This document shows positions 17,801 through 24,000 of a stretch of 24,000 nt of DNA, piece after piece (positions within the stretch are counted from its first letter, which is position 1; every line of letters starts with the position of its first letter). A model generated the notes under the pieces. The model worked only from the letters and a program-made list of their open reading frames with translations, was not told where the DNA came from and made no database searches. The stretch comes from Desulfovibrio litoralis DSM 11393 (lineage in GTDB: Bacteria; Desulfobacterota; Desulfovibrionia; Desulfovibrionales; Desulfovibrionaceae): assembly GCF_900143255.1 (NCBI RefSeq), contig NZ_FRDI01000003.1, positions 274,641 to 298,640 of the forward strand. Direction: 5' to 3'. The position numbers and the translations under genes were made by a program.

Positions 17801-18602
17801 GCATAGGCTGCTGCATAGGTTGTTGAGCATAAGGATTTACAAAACCCTGTTGCACCTGTTGCATAGGTTGTTGCATAGGTTGTTGCATAGGTTGTTGAAT
17901 TGGCTGTTGAATTGGCTGCATATTTTGTTGTGGAACTTGAGCAACAGCATTTTGGTTTGCTTGTGCCACTAAAATTGGTTCAGCCGAAATATTGTCTTGA
18001 GCAGGCAAAGTGTTTCCAACCTCAGTCGCCGCACTGGCAACAGATGGAGAAAGAAGAGATATCGCCTTCTCTAGGGAGCTCTTAGATTCAACATTTTTAG
18101 AACTAAGTAGCTCAGGGTTCGGCTGTTTTTTTGCTTCTGTCAAATTAGCCTGAATATTGTTTTGAGGCTGTATCTGTTCACTTTTTACTAAATTTTTATC
18201 GCCTTTCCAATATCTTCCGACTTCATCTTGATAAAATTCAATCACTACCTGTTTAGGGTCATTATTAAAGACAAAATGTCCAAATGCAGGAGTATTGGTC
18301 GTAATGTTGATGATATTCCCATCTAAACTTACAGTAGAAAAAATATTTTTATCACCGGGCTGAATTCCGCTATTATTTAACGAAACTAGAGGAGCGTCTA
18401 GCTTGATACTCAAAGCGTTTGGAGCAGTACGCACAACAGTAGCACGGGAACTTTTTAAAGAGTCTAACGCAATAGACAAGCGTTCACGCCCTTTTTCCAT
18501 TTTCCATGTATAATCAGCCCCTAACGCAAAGTCAACGGGAGAAATAAAACTTAACGCCGCCGATAAAACAAGCCATTTTGGTATAAAAATATTTATTTTC
18601 AC
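14829..18602 (-). CDS. secreted 1257-aa protein: signal peptide, small beta-rich (possibly AMIN-like) domain, ~360-aa Gln/Pro-rich repeat spacer, long TPR-repeat C-terminal half
   Basis: GTG start at 18602 with AAGGTG 7 nt upstream. The signal peptide ends ...FALG/ADY. Residues ~35-125 resemble an AMIN-type domain (tentative). Residues ~205-565 are Q/P-rich tandem repeats. The C-terminal ~650 aa carry many TPR-like 34-aa units (e.g. YYNWGEYYYNKKEYQKAADEYQYVVQNYPDNPY). Confidence 0.85.
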   Translation of the reverse strand: MKINIFIPKWLVLSAALSFISPVDFALGADYTWKMEKGRERLSIALDSLKSSRATVVRTAPNALSIKLDAPLVSLNNSGIQPGDKNIFSTVSLDGNIINITTNTPAFGHFVFNNDPKQVVIEFYQDEVGRYWKGDKNLVKSEQIQPQNNIQANLTEAKKQPNPELLSSKNVESKSSLEKAISLLSPSVASAATEVGNTLPAQDNISAEPILVAQANQNAVAQVPQQNMQPIQQPIQQPMQQPMQQPMQQVQQGFVNPYAQQPMQQPMQQPMQQQAQPVQGQNQQGFVNPYSQAGQQGQSGFANPYGQAAPSQNVYAQPNTQPFAQPQNLTQGQNMPQAVYPQQTQASQMPIGQQQSQNMPQSQMGQQPQAVSQTPAQNPNAGPNLSVPIQLGPPPSELYAPQPQAQVQTPQNQMPQNQMPAMQQQQFVPQAQQQYQQQAQQMPYGQQGFPPQGNQVQQPVQPSQASPQSLPQNLPQNQQVPFVPQNPQGQALQQNPYNQPIQQQGQNQVQPIPQNMQGAGQPLTQQQQQQQATGQQQATGQQGQQATGQQATGQQSFTPEPRQLELLVKSNANTTNNTAQAQEGHGTQGKQEPVPPTIDELITQAKANVKVREYEAALAILEPLRGRADLSFEQRETVLNELATAVYELGKSDLLANFSKIVSSTTEAMNFNLKSPMVATHLMRLGFVNLKSNNPQEAEAYFNILKKQFPKDPNIPLVYYNWGEYYYNKKEYQKAADEYQYVVQNYPDNPYVREAAVALARTNYNLGYYEEAYKIVEFIERRWPRFYLDQPKFLNMLGDLAFRVGKNDKARHYYWTYYNILPNGDETDMVLARLGDIYAIDGQVSAARETYNEAVRKFPDKDGGLVSMMRLAEEGIYDAPTARDMSVIFDNKQFSLGAVQVYNRILKDFPQSSLAPLARLKLAMWYLWNKDYENTLEQATAFVKDYPKHSLIPKIKEIAMQAFDNAVAQGILENRTTLATTLWDKFPIVREQKNELRPSSTIALARSLWKTDSPQRALDTLEPFFQGAKIPEYGEDALAMALNILVENDRWDAVKDLQRKVQLWELNDKAAQQLDYSVAIAEEKTGNPDKAVLLWKKLQGDTGLTPLQQAYAQYFTANDYWQKRDLENANRVAKESLRNFLSLADKDPLQLDRPKIKLLLNMLMDISESAGRPQEALDYMLKYPQYMEIQDADKLANLYRQGTLYKKMGNLPKWQAIMKDLAEKHANDVYGRLAASDLKTYKISEDAARFTSNPNLR
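16907..17987. repeat. low-complexity CAA/CAG-rich coding region containing several tandem repeat families
   Basis: The 12-bp unit CTGTTGCATAGG occurs x3 at 17784-17819. It occurs x3, plus two 12-bp QQPI variant units, at 17856-17915. These encode QQPM/QQPI. A 15-bp unit occurs ~2.7x at 16938-16977 and an 18-bp unit x2 at 16978-17013, encoding QQATG variants. Confidence 0.9.
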
Positions 18603-18627
18603 TAGTTAGCACCTTAAAATAATGATA

Positions 18628-18643
18628 TGCAACAATTAGACCA
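18628..18643 (-). promoter_or_regulatory. candidate sigma-54 (-24/-12) promoter for the 1257-aa gene
   Basis: The minus strand reads TGGTCTAATTGTTGCA against the consensus TGGCAC-N5-TTGCW. GG and GC have exactly the canonical spacing and the -12 TTGCA element is complete. It lies 45 nt after the activator stop. The predicted start near 18617 sits just upstream of AAGGTG and the GTG start at 18602. Confidence 0.6.
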
Positions 18644-18687
18644 AAAACACAAAACAAATTTAATATCAATAAAAATAAAATATTTAA

Positions 18688-19797
<1,110 letters not shown>

Positions 19798-20184
19798 TAC
19801 ATACCCTCAACGGCAACAAACAGTGCAACTTTAAAAAGTCTTTATAAAATCTTATTTGAAGTTTTACTAAAATTATTTCTACAAGGCTCACGACACATTA
19901 GTCAGTTTCTTAACCTTCAATGTCAAATTTATGACGTCATGTCAAGAGTTTTTCTAATATTTTTTATAAAAATATGTATAATATTTCTCACAAACATCTA
20001 ATTAAATAAACTTTCGTCAACTCAAGACAACTCAAACCTGTTTAAACTAAAACAAAAACACATATATTTACCATAGTTACACTTATTTTTAAAATATTTT
20101 TAAAAAAGACTTTTCATATTAAGAATAAAGTTTTATTTTGTTCTGACAAAATCAAATATTAACCTTTTAAATAATAGAAAAGAA

Positions 20185-22077
20185 ATGTCATATTTTAAAA
20201 AATTCCCCGAAAAAAATGATAATCAAAGTTCTGACAAGCATAAAAACAAGCCTCATGATAACGAGAACTTTTCCGATACAAACAAAAATGAATATAAACA
20301 TCACGAAAAAAGAAAGTCATCTTTTATAAAGCGTGAAGGTGGCTCATATAACAACACCGAAAATCAAGAAAACGCCGAAACTGAAGTTTTTAAACCCAAT
20401 AATCAGATGACAGAAGGTCTGATTGAGCTTGACCTTGATTTAATGAAACTTTTAGTGCGTCGTAGCAAGCTCTTAAACAAAGCACAACAAAGACTAAGCG
20501 GACAAGCCTTTAGCTCTTTCGAAAAAGAAGTGCGTCAGGCTTTTGAAAGCAACGCTCAAAAATTTAGCCGAGATCCTAAATTTACACGTCAATTTTTTAA
20601 CTTAATACAAGACCTTAAATTATTACACTCTGCCAATGATGCCAAAGAGGCTTATAAGCTTTCTCCGGCTCGCAAGCCTGTTGAACTTAACCTTAACGCC
20701 ACAGCGGAACAACTACTTGCAAACATCTATATTTTCCTTGGGGCTTATACTATGAGCCCTATAGAAATCGCCAACCTGCCTCAAACCGAAGCAAGCGAGA
20801 GCCTTATCCAAGCTCTGAATATGGGCAATGCAAATATTTATAGAAACAATAATACCTTAATTAATGCGACCAAAGAAAAGTTAAACTTCTTTGATAAAAG
20901 CTTATTTGCCGGCGAACAACTTTTTAACTTCTTTTTACTAAGCTTTGTAAATACATTCAATATCGGGCGTTGTCGCATAAACACCGGAAACCAACTAAAA
21001 AATATTGACCTTAAATCCTTGCGAAGCTTTTTACCACAGCTTGGAGCAAGACTTGCACATCAAATACCGGGTTCAAGTTCTGCCCCTGTGTTTATCGAAA
21101 GTTCCGGCGTGTTTGACTCAACATTGTGCCTAAACGGAACTTTATTTGAAAACATTCAGGCAAACGAACGTGAAGAGTTTGTATTTAGCTTTTGTGCCGC
21201 TCTGTTTACCGCATTGAGTTCCACTAAACGCAGCTTTTCCATTACTACGGAAAACTTAGACTCTTCTTGTCAAAAAGGCTTTAATAAAGCCTCTAAGCTT
21301 GTCTTACCCTTTTTAAGCCAATTAAATGTTCACTCTGAGTTATCGGAAAATAATTTAAGCCTAAACGCTGAAAAAATCGACTTAACTCAAAAAGTCAAAA
21401 TAAATTCCGACCTAAATTTAAGTGCTTCTTTCTTGGCACTAAGCCTTGCACACGGCGGAATAGTCAACTTAAACGATTTTTATGCCGACTATAAACTAAA
21501 AGAAAACAATATTTCGGTTTTTTTCAATAAAATCGGAATAGAACTTGAACAAAACGCAAATTGTTTAAGTGCCAAACGCAAAACAGATTGGCAAATAAAA
21601 AACTTTGAACAACTTGAAATTAATGACTTTAATTCTTTGAACACAAAATTTAAACCGATTGCCTTGGCTTTATTGGCAACTTTGGTGTTAAAAGGTGTTT
21701 CCAAAATAACGCTCAATTTAAGCGAAGAAAGCGAAGAATTTAAACAAGTTAGCTCTGAATTTTTAAGTTTATTAAGATTAACTATTGAAGATAATTGTTT
21801 AAAAAAACAAAATGAAGTAAGCGAAACGGAAAATCAAACGGCGTTTATCAGCCCAAACCCTTGGTGGATTTTAGCATTAGCTGTTGCCTCATTACAATAT
21901 CTTGGTCAATTTAAAGGGCAAAAAGCCTCCTTACAATTAGTTAACCCAAAAGATATTGAACAAATATACCCACAATATTGGTCTTTATTTAACGCCTTAC
22001 CAAACCCGTCTTTGAAAAACACCCAAAATGTAAGTCAAGCCGATGAACCGACAAAACGTCGTTTTATCGCAGAATAA
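20185..22077 (+). CDS. 630-aa protein: basic low-complexity N-tail, chorismate-mutase-II-like helical segment, EPSP-synthase-fold domain lacking canonical catalytic residues
   Basis: By-eye colinearity with E. coli AroA was found at six segments:
- LNLNATAEQLLANIYIFLG vs INLPGSKSVSNRALLLAAL
- LFAGEQLFNFFLLSF vs LFLGNAGTAMRPLAAAL
- INTGNQLKNIDLKSLRSFLPQLGARL vs [26 protein letters not shown]
- SDLNLSASFLALSLAHGG vs GDASSASYFLAAAAIKGG
- NPWWILALAVASL vs NDHRMAMCFSLVAL
- NPKDIEQIYPQYW vs DPKCTAKTFPDYF

Residues ~78-150 resemble the PheA chorismate mutase domain (ELDLDLMKLLVRRSKLL...FEKEVRQAF...FTRQFFNLIQDL). Confidence 0.7.
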   Translation: MSYFKKFPEKNDNQSSDKHKNKPHDNENFSDTNKNEYKHHEKRKSSFIKREGGSYNNTENQENAETEVFKPNNQMTEGLIELDLDLMKLLVRRSKLLNKAQQRLSGQAFSSFEKEVRQAFESNAQKFSRDPKFTRQFFNLIQDLKLLHSANDAKEAYKLSPARKPVELNLNATAEQLLANIYIFLGAYTMSPIEIANLPQTEASESLIQALNMGNANIYRNNNTLINATKEKLNFFDKSLFAGEQLFNFFLLSFVNTFNIGRCRINTGNQLKNIDLKSLRSFLPQLGARLAHQIPGSSSAPVFIESSGVFDSTLCLNGTLFENIQANEREEFVFSFCAALFTALSSTKRSFSITTENLDSSCQKGFNKASKLVLPFLSQLNVHSELSENNLSLNAEKIDLTQKVKINSDLNLSASFLALSLAHGGIVNLNDFYADYKLKENNISVFFNKIGIELEQNANCLSAKRKTDWQIKNFEQLEINDFNSLNTKFKPIALALLATLVLKGVSKITLNLSEESEEFKQVSSEFLSLLRLTIEDNCLKKQNEVSETENQTAFISPNPWWILALAVASLQYLGQFKGQKASLQLVNPKDIEQIYPQYWSLFNALPNPSLKNTQNVSQADEPTKRRFIAE

Positions 22078-22086
22078 ATTAAGCTT

Positions 22087-22326
22087 ATGTCCGAAATATC
22101 AATAAAAGAACAACAGGCTTTGCTCGTTCAAGAAAAAGAACGAATTGAAACCGAACAGAAAAATATCACGGAAAAAATAAAAGAACTCATGTTGGCTGAA
22201 AAACCACAACAGGGCATCTTTTTTGCTCAAGAAATTCACAATCTGAAACAAAAACAAAACCGCTTAACGGTTGAGCTTTTGTTTTGTTTGAATAAAATAA
22301 AAAAACTAAGCTATGTCTCTTTTTAA
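22087..22326 (+). CDS. small (79 aa) predicted coiled-coil protein, hypothetical
   Basis: It starts 10 nt after the upstream stop and has a heptad-like charged sequence (KEQQALLVQEKERIETEQKNITEKIKEL). No obvious SD and no recognised family. The 3' part overlaps a hairpin-prone A/T tract. Confidence 0.4.
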   Translation: MSEISIKEQQALLVQEKERIETEQKNITEKIKELMLAEKPQQGIFFAQEIHNLKQKQNRLTVELLFCLNKIKKLSYVSF

Positions 22327-22360
22327 AGCTTAACTAACTTTCTTAGCCACGAGACTATTT

Positions 22361-23029
22361 ATGAGCGTTAAAGAACAATTTGACAGTATCTCAAAACAAT
22401 ATGATCAACAACGTCGAGGGCTTATTCCCTGTTTTGACGACTTTTACAGACTACCCTCTGAAGTTTTGGATTTTCAAGGCACAACTCCAAATATTTTAGA
22501 TATAGGTTGTGGAACGGGGCTTTTTTCCTCTGTACTTTTAAAAAAATATCCAAACGCAAAGTTCACCTTAATTGATTTGTCCGATAAAATGTTGGAACTT
22601 GCCAAAGAACGCTTTAAAAACAATATCAACTTTAAATTTATCACAGAAGATTATACCAAACATAAGTTTAATGAAAAATTTGATATAATTATTTCCGCCC
22701 TATCTATTCACCACCTCTCGGCAACGCAAAAAGAGGTTCTTTATGACTCATGTTATAAGATGTTGAATGACAACGGAATTTTTATCAATGCCGATCAAGT
22801 ATTAAGCCCTTACCCCGAAGTTGAAAGTATGTTTTCAAACTTATGGAAAAAAGAAGTGGAACAAAGCGGTCTTGAGCCTGAAGAAATAAAAAAGGCTTAT
22901 CAAAGATTAACCCTTGATAACCCCTCTACTTTATCAGACCAGTTACTTTGGCTTAAAAAAGCCGGCTTTAAATATAGTGATGTTTTGTTTAAATATTATC
23001 ATTTTTGCGTTTTATACGCCAAAAAATAA
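22361..23029 (+). CDS. class I SAM-dependent methyltransferase-fold protein, CmoA-like architecture
   Basis: SAM motif I ILDIGCGTGLFS, LIDLSDKMLELA, FDIIISALSIHHL and LNDNGIFINADQV. It is colinear by eye with E. coli CmoA along its whole length, including the C-terminus (LWLKKAGFKYSDVLFKYYHFCVLYAKK vs [26 protein letters not shown]). Confidence 0.85.
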   Translation: MSVKEQFDSISKQYDQQRRGLIPCFDDFYRLPSEVLDFQGTTPNILDIGCGTGLFSSVLLKKYPNAKFTLIDLSDKMLELAKERFKNNINFKFITEDYTKHKFNEKFDIIISALSIHHLSATQKEVLYDSCYKMLNDNGIFINADQVLSPYPEVESMFSNLWKKEVEQSGLEPEEIKKAYQRLTLDNPSTLSDQLLWLKKAGFKYSDVLFKYYHFCVLYAKK

Positions 23030-23044
23030 ATACTAGCAAAACGC

Positions 23045-23085
23045 AAAAAATCCATTGTAACTTATATATTACAATGGATTTTTTT
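23045..23085. terminator. bidirectional intrinsic terminator between the methyltransferase gene and frr
   Basis: AAAAAATCCATTGTAA (23045-23060) pairs perfectly with TTACAATGGATTTTTT (23069-23084), with an 8-nt loop. Each strand therefore reads a stem followed by a U-run. Confidence 0.75.
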
Positions 23086-23112
23086 ATCAAATCAATATTC
23101 GATTAAAAGAAC

Positions 23113-23667
23113 TTAGATTTCCATAATTTCTTTTTCTTTGGCGGTTAGTCTTTGATCAATTTTCTGAACAAAGCTATCCGTAGTTTTTTGTACGACATCA
23201 CTGGATTTTTTGTGGTCGTCTTCTGATATGGTTTTATCTTTTTCCAGCTTTTTAAACGCATCATTAGCGTCTCTGCGAATATTACGCACAGCAACTTTTG
23301 CTTCTTCTGCATATTTTTTTGCTAGTTTTGCCAAATCTTTACGACGATCTTCTGTTAAAGGCGGTATGTTAATGCGGATAATCTTTCCGTCATTCACGGG
23401 ATTAATTCCCAAATCAGATTTTTGCAAAGCTTTTTCAATCAAAGAAAAAGCTGATTTATCCCAAGGCTGAATAGTAATTGAACGGCTATCGGGAATCGCC
23501 ACAGAGGCAAGTTGTTGAATCGGAGTCGGAGTTCCGTGATAATCAACCTTGACATTATCTACAAGAGAGGTAGAAGCACGCCCCGTACGCAATTTGTCAA
23601 ATTCTTTGTCTAACGCTGCTAACGCTTTATTCATGCGTTCTTCAGTATCTTTTTTAATATTTTCCAT
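23113..23667 (-). CDS. frr: ribosome recycling factor
   Basis: The 184-aa protein is Frr-like throughout ([43 protein letters not shown]...[32 protein letters not shown]). It starts 2 nt after the pyrH stop codon. Confidence 0.95.
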
Positions 23668-23669
23668 AA

Positions 23670-24000
23670 TTAGCCTCCTTGAACTATGGTGCCAACTTTT
23701 TCGCCAAGCACTAAACGACGAATATTTCCACCAAACATATTACATACAATTATCGGTAAGTTATTTTCCATTGCCAAAGTAATCGCCGTATTGTCCATAA
23801 CGCCAAGCTGTTTGTTGACGGTTTCCATGTGTCCAAGCTCATGAAACATCACGGCATCAGAAAACTTCATAGGGTCTTTGTCGTAAACTCCATCAACCTT
23901 AGTCGCCTTAACAATCGCATCACACTTTAATTCCATTCCTCTTAAAGTAGCGGCGGTATCGGTTGTGAAATAAGGGTTACCGGTTCCGGCAGCACAAATT
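23670..24000 (-). CDS. pyrH: UMP kinase, C-terminal part (gene continues beyond the window end)
   Basis: The track ORF starts at an internal Met. The same frame stays open to position 24000 and reads [43 protein letters not shown]..., a PyrH signature. Confidence 0.9.

Noticed and set aside
17033-18085. Five further long ORFs in alternative frames and strands (17033-17551 -, 17102-17698 +, 17211-17450 +, 17472-17972 +, 17900-18085 +).
   Set aside because: They are low-complexity artefacts. The Gln/Pro-codon repeat region lacks stop codons in most frames. Their products (Leu/Arg/His or Val/Glu/Ala runs) have no protein-like features and all are nested in a well-supported gene.
22250-22296. 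Hairpin-prone tract (AACCG-CTTAA-CGGTT flanked by A-rich and T-rich runs) inside the 79-aa ORF, a possible internal terminator or attenuator before the methyltransferase gene.
   Set aside because: The stem has only 5 bp with 3 GC pairs. The A/T runs pair imperfectly and the T-run is interrupted. It is not convincing enough to annotate, though it lowers my confidence in the 3' end of the small ORF.

Overview
This window reads as a core-chromosome segment from a low-GC bacterium that uses sigma-54 and selenocysteine. The gene content resembles Desulfovibrionales-type anaerobes, but I cannot assign taxonomy by eye. I count about 21 protein genes, mostly housekeeping. They are rpe, a MerR-type regulator, tyrS, an isolated livF-type ABC ATPase, carB, a tsaB-like gene, selD, hisG and hisI, a glutaredoxin-like/ferredoxin-thioredoxin-reductase-like pair, lgt, frr and the 3' part of pyrH. 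I found no rRNA, tRNA, CRISPR array, transposase, integrase or phage gene.

The observations worth a second look are:
1. selD is truncated in the ORF track. An in-frame TGA at 9671-9669, with a hairpin just downstream, restores a conserved SelD N-terminus, so this looks like selenocysteine recoding.
2. A same-strand module runs from 19797 to 13780. It contains a sensor-less sigma-54 activator, a well-spaced -24/-12 element, a 1257-aa secreted protein with a roughly 360-aa Gln/Pro-rich tandem-repeat spacer and TPR repeats, and a CE4 polysaccharide deacetylase.
3. A three-gene operon at 20185-23029 starts with an intact 630-aa protein. It is colinear with chorismate mutase plus EPSP synthase but appears to have lost nearly all catalytic and phosphate-binding residues. 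A small coiled-coil protein and a CmoA-like SAM enzyme follow it.
4. A textbook intrinsic terminator sits 30 nt upstream of the carB start, inside a promoter-proximal AU-rich leader. This could be an attenuator or a small RNA.
5. Perfect in-frame 12-15 bp tandem duplications occur in several unrelated genes.
6. A 219-aa orphan protein has no recognisable family.

All homology statements are by-eye motif recognition and alignment from memory. No searches were run.
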